From assembly GCA_963827235.1 (NCBI GenBank), contig CAWHAE010000008.1, positions 96,001-160,000 of the forward strand: a stretch of 64,000 nt of DNA, read 5' to 3'. Shown here one piece after another: positions 43,241 to 53,226 of this stretch (its first letter is position 1; the number at the start of each line of letters is the position of its first letter). Source of the stretch: an uncultured bacterium (GTDB taxonomy: Bacteria; Chloroflexota; UBA5177; JANWHV01). A program made the position numbers and the translations under genes. Below the pieces are notes generated by a model. The model was not told the origin of the DNA and made no database searches. It was given only the letters and a program-made list of their open reading frames with translations.

Positions 43241-44580
43241 GAGTCTCTCCAGCGCGTAAGGACGTGCTGCACGTGCGCGGCCTCCACGGATTGCTGTAGC
43301 AGGTCGCAGCGCCGCCTCACGTGCGCGGCAAGCCCGTCTATGGCATCGGGCCAGGGCAGGCTGCTCTGCATGAGCTCATCACACGCAGGATACGTGCGCA
43401 GCAGCTTGTAGCGCCAACCGGCAGCAAGTATGCTCGCCAGTGAGCAGGGCTGCTCACCGACGTGCTGCACCGCCGCGTAGAACTGCTCCGCGTCCTCGCA
43501 GGCGTCCAGCCGTGTGATGAAGTCGTCCGGAAGGCTTCGTGGCCGCGCGTTGATTGGCCGCCCGTCGTCCAGCAGGCTCACGAGTGCGTCGATCTCTTCG
43601 TCGGGGGCGACGAGGGGCGCCTGTAGCAGCATGGCCACCTGCTGGCAAGCGCCCTGCCAAGTGCGCTCTTCACTGTCCGGCGTGGCCCGCTCTCTGCCGT
43701 TCTCCACATCGCCGGCTGTCCCTCGCTGGTGCTCGATGACCGGCTCGAAGTAGTCGACCAGGCTCAGTCGGGTGCTGTCCGCGCCGCAGGGATAGTACTG
43801 CCGCGTGGCGTGTGCGAGAGCCGGCAGCCCGCGCGTCGTCAGCGTGGTTATCCGGGGACTGAGTAGCTCCTTGACCGCCACGGCCGCGTATGTCGGCTCG
43901 CCCAGAAGGCGCGCGGCGACCGCGGCAGTGCACCTAGCGGCGTAGTCGCCACGTGGCAGGCCCTCGTCGAAGTGAAGCTGCGAGGCGAGATCTTGTTGCG
44001 CTACGAACCAGGCAGCCATCGGAAGCAGAATGCCCGGCCAGACAAGCGGATCTGCAAGGTCGACCGTGGATATGCGCACGATCGGCCGCTCCGGGCCGGG
44101 CACCGGCTCGAGGCCGCGCACAGAGAGGAGATCTCGAAATTCAGCGCCAACCTCGCCGCCGCCGTCCGGATCGTCGATTGGACAGAGTACCGGGATGGGC
44201 AGTGGCGCGCCCTCGGCCGCCAGCTTTCGTGCAAAGAGATCGGCGGTGCCGAGTTGCCACTTGGTGCGCAGCAGGCCGAGATGCGCGTGAATCTGCCTGA
44301 GTCCGGCCACGACCACGGCCAAGCTCTCGGAGGCCGCCTCACTACCATCATCGCCGGCACAGTAGACCGTGCTGCGCGCCGCGGCGAGCTTGCTTTCCAC
44401 GACTGCGAGCCCGGCGCCGAGCATCTCGAGCACGGCAGATCCATGCCGGCGGGTAAGGTGCCGCGGATCCTCGAGCAATGCCCGCGTGTGAATCACCCGT
44501 TCACACGCCTCACGGAAGACTGTCTGAACGGCCGCGGCCGGTCCGCGATGCGGTCGTGAGTGCAGCGTTTCGTCAACCAT
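43237..44580 (-). CDS. Hypothetical helical protein translationally coupled to dcd
   Basis: 447-aa ORF; stop overlaps the dcd start (GTGA); TATACT 8 nt upstream of ATG. Confidence 0.85.
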   Translation of the reverse strand: MVDETLHSRPHRGPAAAVQTVFREACERVIHTRALLEDPRHLTRRHGSAVLEMLGAGLAVVESKLAAARSTVYCAGDDGSEAASESLAVVVAGLRQIHAHLGLLRTKWQLGTADLFARKLAAEGAPLPIPVLCPIDDPDGGGEVGAEFRDLLSVRGLEPVPGPERPIVRISTVDLADPLVWPGILLPMAAWFVAQQDLASQLHFDEGLPRGDYAARCTAAVAARLLGEPTYAAVAVKELLSPRITTLTTRGLPALAHATRQYYPCGADSTRLSLVDYFEPVIEHQRGTAGDVENGRERATPDSEERTWQGACQQVAMLLQAPLVAPDEEIDALVSLLDDGRPINARPRSLPDDFITRLDACEDAEQFYAAVQHVGEQPCSLASILAAGWRYKLLRTYPACDELMQSSLPWPDAIDGLAAHVRRRCDLLQQSVEAAHVQHVLTRWRDS

Positions 44581-44635
44581 GCCGGATTAGTATACTCTAC
44601 CACTGCGGGTTGTGGCGCACGCCTGGGGGGGAAAC

Positions 44636-45298
44636 GTGACGGTAGCTCGGCTGTTGGTCTTTGGGGATATCCACGGTGAGGCAACCGCCCTGCGCCGCGT
44701 GCTGGCAAGGGTGAATCCCACCAGGCACGACACCTTGGTCTTTCTCGGGGACTACATCGACCGCGGTGAGAACTCGCGTTCCGCCCTGGACCTGATCATG
44801 GGGCTCGAGCAGGAGTACTCGTGCGTATTCCTCAAAGGCAACCACGAGGATCTGTTCCTCACCGCCTATGACGGCAATGAGATGGACTGGGGTCTGTGGC
44901 TCATGAACGGCGGTCTCAAGACCTTCAAGGACTTCGGCACCACGCTCCCGCCCGACCGCTACGTGGAATGGATACGGCGGCTTCGGACCTCATATGAGAC
45001 AGACACCCACTACTTCGTCCATGCCGGTGTGCAGCCGGGAAGACCCCCTGCTGAATCCACGGACACCGACAGGCTCTGGATCCGGGAGCCATTCCTGAGC
45101 AGCGCCTACGACTGGGGGAAGATCGTCGTATTCGGCCACACCGTGCAGTTTGGTGGCCCCTTGGTGCAGCCGAACAAGATCGGCATCGACACCGGTGCCT
45201 TCGTGCACAGGCTGGGGCGCTTGACCTGCCTTATTCTTCCCGAAGGGCGCTTCGTGTTTAGCAGCGGCAGGAGCCGTAAGCTCGGTCAGCTCACGTAG
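44636..45298 (+). CDS. PPP-family metallophosphoesterase (Ser/Thr phosphatase-like)
   Basis: GDIHG, GDYIDRG, GNHE, VHAG, FGHT, IDTG. Confidence 0.95.
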   Translation: MTVARLLVFGDIHGEATALRRVLARVNPTRHDTLVFLGDYIDRGENSRSALDLIMGLEQEYSCVFLKGNHEDLFLTAYDGNEMDWGLWLMNGGLKTFKDFGTTLPPDRYVEWIRRLRTSYETDTHYFVHAGVQPGRPPAESTDTDRLWIREPFLSSAYDWGKIVVFGHTVQFGGPLVQPNKIGIDTGAFVHRLGRLTCLILPEGRFVFSSGRSRKLGQLT

Positions 45299-45450
45299 TG
45301 CGCGGTGAGAGGAATGAAGAAAAGCACGACCAGCGCCAGGACGAGAACCGCAAAGGCCACGCCTTCGCTGCCACGAATGTGCTTCAGGCCGGAGTATCCG
45401 ACCAGCGCAGCGCCTACCACCTCGGCAATCACCGCCTCGGCAAGCAACAT
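45286..45450 (-). CDS. Small two-TM membrane protein
   Basis: Two hydrophobic segments; GAGGGAG/AAGGA upstream of ATG. Confidence 0.55.
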   Translation of the reverse strand: MLLAEAVIAEVVGAALVGYSGLKHIRGSEGVAFAVLVLALVVLFFIPLTAHYVS

Positions 45451-45644
45451 GTCCTTACCCACTCCCTCGTCACGACTGGATCTCGGCATGCCCGCAGTCC
45501 AGCAGCCAGCCACGAAGATGGTACCATAATGGCGGTTCTGTCGCGAAAACGCCTCGAGACGCCGTCGATCGAGTCCGCGGTCGCCCCTCGCGCGCCTGCC
45601 TCTTGCCTGCACGCCTACATTGCTCGCCGACGGACACTGCGCAA

Positions 45645-46451
45645 ATGAACGGAGTGTCCGGCCGATCGCCGTTGGACGGTATCGTCTTCGTGCTCGACCG
45701 GCCGAAGGATGCGGCAAACGTGGGTGCCGTTGTCCGGCTGTTGGGCAACTTCGGCCTCTCGCGCCTGCGACTGGTGGAACCCGCGGCTTTCGACGAGCAG
45801 AGAGTGCTGCGCTACGCTCGCCGGGGCGAGGCGGTGGCGGCTCGCGTCGAGCGCTTCCCAAGTCTGGAGCTTGCCCTGGCCGATTGCACGCTGGTGCTCG
45901 GCACGACCCGGCGCGAGCGCGCCCTCGAGCGCCCCGTATTATCCCCACGGCAGTTGCCCGGCGTTCTGATTCCCGTGCTCCGGCCGGCGGCGACGATGGA
46001 CACCGTGCTGCCGGGTCCGGCTGCGGTGCTCTTCGGGCCCGAGGACTTCGGACTCTCCAACCAAGCGCTTGACCGCTGCCACGCCATAGTGACCGTGCCC
46101 GCAGCGCCGGACGACTCCTCCCTCAACCTTGCCCAGGCGGCCGCGATCGTCGCCTACGAGATCTTCATAGCTCTTGGAAGCGATGCCCCTGAAGCGCGTG
46201 CCTGGGCAGCGCCAGCGCTTCAGGCACTGGAGAACATGGCTCCGTCCAGCGACGTGGATGCCCTGTTCGATTCCGTTGCTCGCCTGCTCGCCGCTCTCCA
46301 CGATCCTCCCATCGAAGGCAGAACGAAATCGGCCCTCTCCCGCCTGCGGGCGTTCTTTCTGCGTGCCGCTCCACGTGCCGACGAGACCCGGCTTCTGGCC
46401 ACCATCTTCGAGCATGCCGCACGCGAGCTCGACCGTCGCCGGAGTCGCTAG
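45645..46451 (+). CDS. SPOUT tRNA/rRNA methyltransferase (TrmJ/TrmH family)
   Basis: VLDRP...NVGAVVR, FGPEDFGLSN, SLNLAQA. Confidence 0.9.
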   Translation: MNGVSGRSPLDGIVFVLDRPKDAANVGAVVRLLGNFGLSRLRLVEPAAFDEQRVLRYARRGEAVAARVERFPSLELALADCTLVLGTTRRERALERPVLSPRQLPGVLIPVLRPAATMDTVLPGPAAVLFGPEDFGLSNQALDRCHAIVTVPAAPDDSSLNLAQAAAIVAYEIFIALGSDAPEARAWAAPALQALENMAPSSDVDALFDSVARLLAALHDPPIEGRTKSALSRLRAFFLRAAPRADETRLLATIFEHAARELDRRRSR

Positions 46452-46603
46452 CGTCCACGCCAGTATGCGATCGTGCCCGCCCGGGATCGCCGCGAGACCG
46501 CCGCGGAGGCGTTTCTGGTACTATCATTCAGTATAGATAGCATGATAGATGACCTCCCGCGGTGCGGAACGATCGCGCGGGATTCGAAGGAATAGTCCCC
46601 AGT

Positions 46604-48214
46604 ATGACCGTTGAACAGAGTCAAGCGGAACAGACGGAGCGCGGCGCGTTCGCTGCGCTCGGTCTGCACGAGGATCTGCTGCAGGCCGTCTCCGAAGTCG
46701 GCTACGAAGAACCTACACCGATCCAGGCGCGAACCATTCCGGCGATGCTGCAGGGGCAGGACGTTGTCGCCCAGGCCCAGACCGGCACGGGCAAGACGGC
46801 GGCGTTCGCGCTGCCCATCGTGCAGCAAATCGATACCTCTGTTGGTGCAGTGCAGGCGCTCATCTTGCTGCCCACGCGCGAGCTCGCCATTCAGGTCGCC
46901 CAGGCCACCCACCTACTCGGGCGATCGCGGCATGTTTCCGTACTGCCGATTTACGGCGGCCAGCCGATCGTTCGCCAGCTTCGCGGCCTCGAGCAAGGCG
47001 CCCACATCGTGGTCGGCACTCCCGGGCGGATCATGGACCACATCCGGAGAGAGACCCTGCGACTCGACGCAGTGAAGATTCTGATCCTGGATGAGGCCGA
47101 CGAGATGCTGAACATGGGGTTTCTGGAAGACATCGAGTTCATTCTCGAGCAGCTTCCAGCGGAGCGGCAGACTGCCCTGTTTTCGGCTACCATACCGCCG
47201 CGCATTCGTGACCTCTCTAGGCGTTACCTCCGCAAGGCCGTGAATATCGCCGTCGAGCGCGAGACGCTGACGGTGCCGCTGATCAACCAGACCTATTTCG
47301 AGGTACCGCAGCGGGCAAAGCTCGAGGCTCTCTGCCGCATACTCGACGTCGAGACTCCTGCCTCGGCGATCATCTTCTGCGCCCGCAAGAGCGATGTGGA
47401 CGAGCTGGTGGAGAACTTGCAGGGACGGGGGTACAAGGCCGAGGCGATTCACGGAGACCTCAACCAGGTGCAGCGCGACCGCGTAATGCGGGCCTTCCGG
47501 GACGGTAAGACGGAAATTCTGGTCGCTACCGACGTCGCCGCGCGCGGCCTTGACATCCCACAAGTCAGTCACGTGATTAACTACCACATTCCCTGGGATC
47601 CCGAGTCGTACGTGCATCGCATAGGGCGTACAGGGCGCGCCGGACGCGAAGGCACGGCGATAACCCTGATCTCGCCACGCGAGTACAGGCAGCTCAAGAT
47701 GATCGAGCATTTGATCGGAAAGCGCATCCGCGCCGGCAGGCTGCCCAGCCAGTCGGACGTGGAGGCTCGCCGGCGCGCCATGCTGATCGAGCAAGTGCGC
47801 GCGACGCTCGAGGAAGGAGGTCTCGAAGCGTACCGCGATGCGGCCGAAGTCCTCAGCGAGGACTACGATGCGATCGACGTCGCGGCAGCTGCCCTGAAGC
47901 AGCTCGCCGGCCTCGATCGGCGCGCCGAGCTCAAGAAGGGGCTGGTCGATACCGGCTCGGAGGCAACTGAGCCTGGTATGTCGCGCCTGTTTCTCAACGT
48001 CGGCAGGAACGAGGGCGTACGTCCGGCCGACATCGTGGGGGCCATCGCCGGGGAAGCGGGCATTCCCGGTCGCACGATCGGAGCCATCGACCTCTACGAT
48101 ACTTACGCGTTCGTGGAAGTGCCCCAGGAGGAGGCACGTCGTGTGGTCGATGCTCTCAATCGCTCGAGCCTGCGCGGCAGGCCAGTAAGAGCGGAGATAG
48201 CCCGACCCCGCTGA
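46604..48214 (+). CDS. deaD: DEAD-box RNA helicase with a DbpA-type RNA-binding domain
   Basis: Q motif, AQTGTGKT, PTRELA, DEAD, SAT, HRIGRTGRAG; C-terminal PADIVGAIAGE. Confidence 0.95.
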   Translation: MTVEQSQAEQTERGAFAALGLHEDLLQAVSEVGYEEPTPIQARTIPAMLQGQDVVAQAQTGTGKTAAFALPIVQQIDTSVGAVQALILLPTRELAIQVAQATHLLGRSRHVSVLPIYGGQPIVRQLRGLEQGAHIVVGTPGRIMDHIRRETLRLDAVKILILDEADEMLNMGFLEDIEFILEQLPAERQTALFSATIPPRIRDLSRRYLRKAVNIAVERETLTVPLINQTYFEVPQRAKLEALCRILDVETPASAIIFCARKSDVDELVENLQGRGYKAEAIHGDLNQVQRDRVMRAFRDGKTEILVATDVAARGLDIPQVSHVINYHIPWDPESYVHRIGRTGRAGREGTAITLISPREYRQLKMIEHLIGKRIRAGRLPSQSDVEARRRAMLIEQVRATLEEGGLEAYRDAAEVLSEDYDAIDVAAAALKQLAGLDRRAELKKGLVDTGSEATEPGMSRLFLNVGRNEGVRPADIVGAIAGEAGIPGRTIGAIDLYDTYAFVEVPQEEARRVVDALNRSSLRGRPVRAEIARPR

Positions 48215-48340
48215 GCTGGCCGGTTCCTGGAAGAGACTGCAGTCTCAGCGGCAGCAGAACATGGTATCGTGGCGGCCCGTCGAACTACCTTCTGCTGTCC
48301 GTCCGCCTGCCGACTGGTCGGTGCCGGCGAGTCGCCGCGC

Positions 48341-48616
48341 CTACTTCTCGCGCGCTATGCCGGCAAGCAGACTCACCAAGCCCGCCCCGGGCAGGCCGAA
48401 GCCGACCGCGAGCACGACGCGGGCGACGAAGCCAAAGTCGACGGCGCCGGGCGTGTTGGCAATCAGGTTGTCCCAGCTGAAGGCGGCGATGACCGCACAA
48501 ACCAGCCACGCTGCCAGGAAGTAGGGCAGAGGCATGGCAAGCGCGCCGCAATCGCGCACTGCTGCCGCGGGCGCGCTTCTGCGCATTCTCGAGGTCTGGC
48601 GAAGGTCTCGGCTCAT
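48341..48616 (-). CDS. Small two-TM membrane protein
   Basis: YFLAAWLVCAVIAAF and VVLAVGFGLPGAGLVSLL; GGAGG before ATG 48616. Confidence 0.55.
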   Translation of the reverse strand: MSRDLRQTSRMRRSAPAAAVRDCGALAMPLPYFLAAWLVCAVIAAFSWDNLIANTPGAVDFGFVARVVLAVGFGLPGAGLVSLLAGIAREK

Positions 48617-48704
48617 TGCCTCCCCAATGTACCCGTGGAACGGCAATCGAGCAAGCTGGTTTCCCAGCAGGCATGGAGGGCGTGACCTTTGCTACAATGG
48701 CAGA

Positions 48705-49415
48705 ATGGTCGAACCCACTCCTGCCGAGCGCGAGCCCGGCGAATGCCGTGACTCTGAGCAGGCGTTCGCCGTGGCACGCGTTCCGCTAAAGGCGAAGATT
48801 GCGCTCGTGGCTGGAGCCGGTGCGTTCCTTGGGCTGGTGGCCATGGCGAGTCGCCCAGAGCCGACCAAGGCGGATGTGGCGATCACTCGGCTGTTTCAAC
48901 GACACGTACCCCGACATGGCGGGCGCATCCTGCAGCTTGTGAGCGCGCCGGGCTACGCGCCATTCACACATAGCGTGGTACTTGCCCTGGCTGCGCATTG
49001 CTGGGCTCTGGGCTTTCGGCGTGAGGCAATCTTCTCCATCGGCACCATGGGCGCCGGCTTCAGCACCGGTGTTGTCAAGCTGTTGATCAAGCGGCCGAGA
49101 CCCGACCTCACGTTCCGACTCCAGCGGCGACTGCTGAAGGACAACAGCTTCCCCAGCGGGCATGCCACGCACTTTTCGGCGTTCTACGGCTACGTCTTCT
49201 TCCTGGTGCACCGCTACTTGCCGCACGGGCCGCTCAGGACGCTGGTGTTAGCCTACTGCGCAGCCTTGATCGTGCTCGTCGGACCTTCCCGCACCTACCT
49301 GGGCCATCACTGGGCGAGCGATGTGGCTGCTGGGCAGCTGATCGGATTCGTGTACCTGCTGGCCATGCTCCAGGTATACATGCTCTTCGATCCGCTCCCC
49401 GTGCTCGACGACTAA
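48705..49415 (+). CDS. PAP2 lipid phosphatase (undecaprenyl-PP phosphatase-like)
   Basis: Intact KxxxxRP, PSGH and SRxxxxxHxxxD motifs. Confidence 0.92.
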   Translation: MVEPTPAEREPGECRDSEQAFAVARVPLKAKIALVAGAGAFLGLVAMASRPEPTKADVAITRLFQRHVPRHGGRILQLVSAPGYAPFTHSVVLALAAHCWALGFRREAIFSIGTMGAGFSTGVVKLLIKRPRPDLTFRLQRRLLKDNSFPSGHATHFSAFYGYVFFLVHRYLPHGPLRTLVLAYCAALIVLVGPSRTYLGHHWASDVAAGQLIGFVYLLAMLQVYMLFDPLPVLDD

Positions 49416-49578
49416 CGGCACACCAGGCCGGGAACCACATCGGCAGCCCGCGCCTACAATGCCGGACGATTCATCGTTGGGAGCCTCAAGGCGCGCCAAG
49501 CGCGGAGTACGCTCCGCCCCTGCAGGTTCCACCGTGGCCCGACTATTGCTGCAGCCGGGCAACACGGCGATCCCAGGC

Positions 49579-50829
49579 TCACGCACCCCACATGTGATTG
49601 AGGAATAGCGTGGTGAAGAGCGCCAGGCTGCCTGTGGAGACGAGCACGTACAGCCGGTCGAAGGTCGGCAGCCGGCCAAGCCGGGCCAGCACGACGTATA
49701 CCGGGGCGACGACGAAAAGGTAGCGCGACATGGAGGTAATCGGGATCTCGCTGCTTACCACCGGAGCGCTCAGGAGAAGGCCGATGCACGCCAGCCCGAA
49801 CACCGTGAACGAAAGCGGGACCAGGCGCACGCCCACGATGAGCACTGCGATGCAAGCGAACAGCAGGGCGTTCTCCACGATAGCGTGGGCCTGGAAGTAG
49901 GGATGCGATGCGGCCGTCTTCGGAATGTCGCTCAAGCTCGTCCAGAGCACTTGCCAAGGCCACTCGGTGTTCCGATCCCAGCCGGCGGCCGCGTGCACGA
50001 AAGCGAACGCGTTGCCGGTCAGTCCGTAGAGGTAGACCATGTATGCCAGAAGACCGCTCGGGATGAGCAGCCCGCCCAGCACGTCCGGTCGAAGCCGGGA
50101 GAGTCTGAACTTGACAGATCCCAGGTACTCGATGACGAACGGAACGACGAGCAGGAACCCGAGGATTCGCGTTCCTGCTGCCAGTCCGCCGAACGCGCCT
50201 GCCAGCCACCAGCGCTGCTCCCTCATGTAGTACAGCGAGGCGATGGAGCAGAGCAGGAATGTCGACTCGGAGTAGGGTGCAAACGCGAAGAATGAGGTCG
50301 GGAAGACAGCCATGTAGAGCACGGCGCGCCGCGCAGTCGCTTCCCCATATTCTCGCTCACAGAGCTTGCGCAAGAAGACGAGAGCGGCGAGAAAGGCAAG
50401 GTTGGCTATCGCCATTGCCGCCAGATCGACATCGAGTCCGGTGAGCTGACAGAGAGCGCGCACCAGCGAAGGGTAGACCGGGAAAAACGCAACGGTAGCG
50501 GGTACGCCGGCGCCATTGTAGGAGTAGCCTGCCACGACGATCTGGTGGAACCACTGGCTGTCCCTGTAGAACCATCCATCGAGTAGATATCCGGAGAAGC
50601 CGGTTCGCTCGCTGCCCACCAGAGCAGGGTCGTGCAGCAGGGCCCGGCCAAAGTAGGTCAGCAGCACAAAGCAGAGTCTGGAGGCCAGAAATATGCTGAA
50701 GAGATCGCTGAGCAAGAACCGCCGGCACGTGATGGCAGCGCCCCGCGCCTGGGAGGCTATTACTCCTGCAGAAAGCGGGCCATTGCCCGCTAATCCTTGA
50801 ATCGTTCGCGGCGTCGACACGCGCTGCAT
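49579..50829 (-). CDS. GT-C mannosyltransferase (PIG-V/Gpi18-like)
   Basis: DSQWF...GY, AFFPVYP, FPTSFF, YSES, TR.LG; multiple TM helices. Confidence 0.87.
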   Translation of the reverse strand: MQRVSTPRTIQGLAGNGPLSAGVIASQARGAAITCRRFLLSDLFSIFLASRLCFVLLTYFGRALLHDPALVGSERTGFSGYLLDGWFYRDSQWFHQIVVAGYSYNGAGVPATVAFFPVYPSLVRALCQLTGLDVDLAAMAIANLAFLAALVFLRKLCEREYGEATARRAVLYMAVFPTSFFAFAPYSESTFLLCSIASLYYMREQRWWLAGAFGGLAAGTRILGFLLVVPFVIEYLGSVKFRLSRLRPDVLGGLLIPSGLLAYMVYLYGLTGNAFAFVHAAAGWDRNTEWPWQVLWTSLSDIPKTAASHPYFQAHAIVENALLFACIAVLIVGVRLVPLSFTVFGLACIGLLLSAPVVSSEIPITSMSRYLFVVAPVYVVLARLGRLPTFDRLYVLVSTGSLALFTTLFLNHMWGA

Positions 50830-50833
50830 GGGG

Positions 50834-51511
50834 TCAGTCCACGAAGCGATACTTGATGAGCGCGACCAGGGCAGGAATGCCATCGCGCCAGGTGATCTTC
50901 TTTCCCTCGCGTAGCTCGCGGCCGGCGTACGATATCGGCACTTCGTAAATCCGATGGCCAGTACGCAGAATCTTGGCGGTGATCTCTGGCTCGAAGTCGA
51001 AGCGGCGTGCACGGAGATGAATCCGGCGAATCAGCTCGGTAGGAATCACCTTGTAGCAGGTTTCCATATCCGTCAGCGTCGTGTCGTACAGGACGTTCGT
51101 GACCAGGGTGAGCAAGCGGTTGCCGACACTGTGCCAGAATAGCATGGCCTTGTGCTCGCCGAGAAATCGCGAGCCGTACACAACGGTCGCCTTCCCGCGC
51201 AATATGGGCCTGAGCAGCGCCTCGTAATCTGCGGGATCGTACTCCAGGTCCGCGTCCTGAATCAGCACGTAGTCTCCCCGCGCGTGCTGCAGCCCCGTGC
51301 GGATGGCCGCGCCTTTCCCCTGGTTCGTCGCATGCATGAACACCCGGGTATCGCTCGACGCTTCCGCCTCGAGAATCGCCCGGCTGCCGTCGGTCGAGCC
51401 GTCATCTACCACGACGATCTCTTTTTCGATCGGCGACATGCGTACGCGTTCGAGCACCTTGCGGATTGTCGGGGCTTCATTGTAGACGGGAATGATGATC
51501 GATACTTTCAT
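50834..51511 (-). CDS. GT2 glycosyltransferase (polyprenol-phosphate glycosyl synthase-like)
   Basis: IIPVYNE, DDGSTDG, QDADLEY, DMETCYK. Confidence 0.93.
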   Translation of the reverse strand: MKVSIIIPVYNEAPTIRKVLERVRMSPIEKEIVVVDDGSTDGSRAILEAEASSDTRVFMHATNQGKGAAIRTGLQHARGDYVLIQDADLEYDPADYEALLRPILRGKATVVYGSRFLGEHKAMLFWHSVGNRLLTLVTNVLYDTTLTDMETCYKVIPTELIRRIHLRARRFDFEPEITAKILRTGHRIYEVPISYAGRELREGKKITWRDGIPALVALIKYRFVD

Positions 51512-51634
51512 GGGCGACGTGCACACGAAGCTCGACGGCGGTCCCCCGAACACGCCGGAGTGGAGGCTCTCTTCTCAGCGATCACGCAGCAAATTGTACC
51601 GACCGCGCGAACTACGAGTCAAAACTCGAGATCG

Positions 51635-53146
51635 CTAGGCGAGAATCTGCACCACGGTGCCGATCTGAACCCAGCGGTAGAGCCAGCCTTCGACGCCCAG
51701 TGGCACATTGACGCATCCGTGCGTGCCCGTCGTGTTGCCTCCGGGAGTACCGTCCACCGCGTTCGAGCCGGGACCGAATTGGCTCCTCCACGTGGCATCG
51801 TGCAGGAAGTATCCTCCGCTTCTGAACAGGATGGCGTAGTTCACGGTCGTGGTCGGGTACCACAGGCGTGACGATTTGGGCCACGGCGAGCGCATCACGT
51901 AGGGCGAGTACTTGGCAAGCACGTGGAACGTGCCCACCGGCGTCTGTGTCTCGGGTCCGCCGGAGGTGATCAATGTGTGCAGCAGCACGCTCGCGCCGTC
52001 ATAGATTGTCATATCCTGCTTGGTAAGCGACACGACGACCCGCCGAGTGTCCAGTGTGAACACTCCGGGCAGTAACTGGACTGTGCTGTTGCCAAGTGCG
52101 TCGCGTGCCGCGACCGTAAGGGCATAGGTACCGGACGGCAAATAGCGCCCGGCACCGTCTTTGCCGTCCCAAGTGATACTCTGTGCCCCAGCCGCCAGGG
52201 TGCCGAGGTCGACGACTGCCGCGTTGGTCGACGGGCTCGTGCCCTGAATGCGCAGCACGGCGTGGACGGCGCGCGAAAGGGAGAACTGGACTTGAGTGGC
52301 CGGGGTTGAGATTGACAGCTCGTGGCTCGTGGCTTGTAGATAAGTGATGGTGGGCGCGGTCCGCTCGATGGTCACCGTCCAGCGAAGCGGTGCGGACACC
52401 AGCCCGGCTCGGTCGACGGCTCGCACCGCGACGTACCAGGTGCCGTCGGCCAGCGTGTGCAGGTGGATCTCCGTGTTCGTGGTAGAGTGCCATGTCGGCT
52501 CCGCCTGCGGATCGAGGCTGTTGGCCCATTGGTAGTACGCGATGCCGGTGCGGTCCCACGACTGGCTCCAGTGCAGAGAGACGGTTCGCTGGTTGGTAGG
52601 CAAGCCCGGTGTTGCGTTTGCGCTTACCAAGCGCGGCGTCTCCGGCGGCGTGACGCTGATGCCGAATTCACCCCCGCCAGCCCATGGGCTGGTGCCGCCA
52701 TCGGCATCTCGAGTGCGTACACGCCAGTGGTAGAGCCGGCCGTTCTGCAGGCCCGGCATGGTGATGTCGACCACGGTACGGCGCTCAGCCTGCAGCGGGG
52801 TGAGCTTGCCGGCCACGTTAGCCACGCCGCTGAAACGTAGGTTGAGCGGCAGCACCTCGATCTCCGGAACAACGGAGCGCTCGTCACCCGCGCCGGCGAA
52901 CGTGAGGCGAATCTTGAGATTGCCGGAGCTCGCCCAGGCGCCGGCCGGTAAGCCCGCACCCCACGGCAGGGCGATCAGCGCCCGTGATGGCTCGGTGGGC
53001 GTGCCGGAGGCCAGCAACGGATCGTGAGCACGGTCAAGGTACACCGCCGTGGCCGCTACCGCGATGAGCAGCATGGCAATCGCCGTCTTCACGTACGCCC
53101 ACGATCCCAATCGTACAGAGGTCCGCTTCGATACTCGCCTTGACAT
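51635..53146 (-). CDS. L,D-transpeptidase (YkuD) with Fn3/FlgD-Ig-like domains
   Basis: N-terminal TM; WDGKD (FlgD-Ig); TPVGTF, LHDATW, THGCVN. Confidence 0.9.
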   Translation of the reverse strand: MSRRVSKRTSVRLGSWAYVKTAIAMLLIAVAATAVYLDRAHDPLLASGTPTEPSRALIALPWGAGLPAGAWASSGNLKIRLTFAGAGDERSVVPEIEVLPLNLRFSGVANVAGKLTPLQAERRTVVDITMPGLQNGRLYHWRVRTRDADGGTSPWAGGGEFGISVTPPETPRLVSANATPGLPTNQRTVSLHWSQSWDRTGIAYYQWANSLDPQAEPTWHSTTNTEIHLHTLADGTWYVAVRAVDRAGLVSAPLRWTVTIERTAPTITYLQATSHELSISTPATQVQFSLSRAVHAVLRIQGTSPSTNAAVVDLGTLAAGAQSITWDGKDGAGRYLPSGTYALTVAARDALGNSTVQLLPGVFTLDTRRVVVSLTKQDMTIYDGASVLLHTLITSGGPETQTPVGTFHVLAKYSPYVMRSPWPKSSRLWYPTTTVNYAILFRSGGYFLHDATWRSQFGPGSNAVDGTPGGNTTGTHGCVNVPLGVEGWLYRWVQIGTVVQILA

Positions 53147-53226
53147 CCATCTACCTGTCTAGCCTGGCACTACCAGCACTTGCTATCTTAAGGTGTCGAG
53201 GCCGGGTCAATCCAGAGGGTAGCGAG

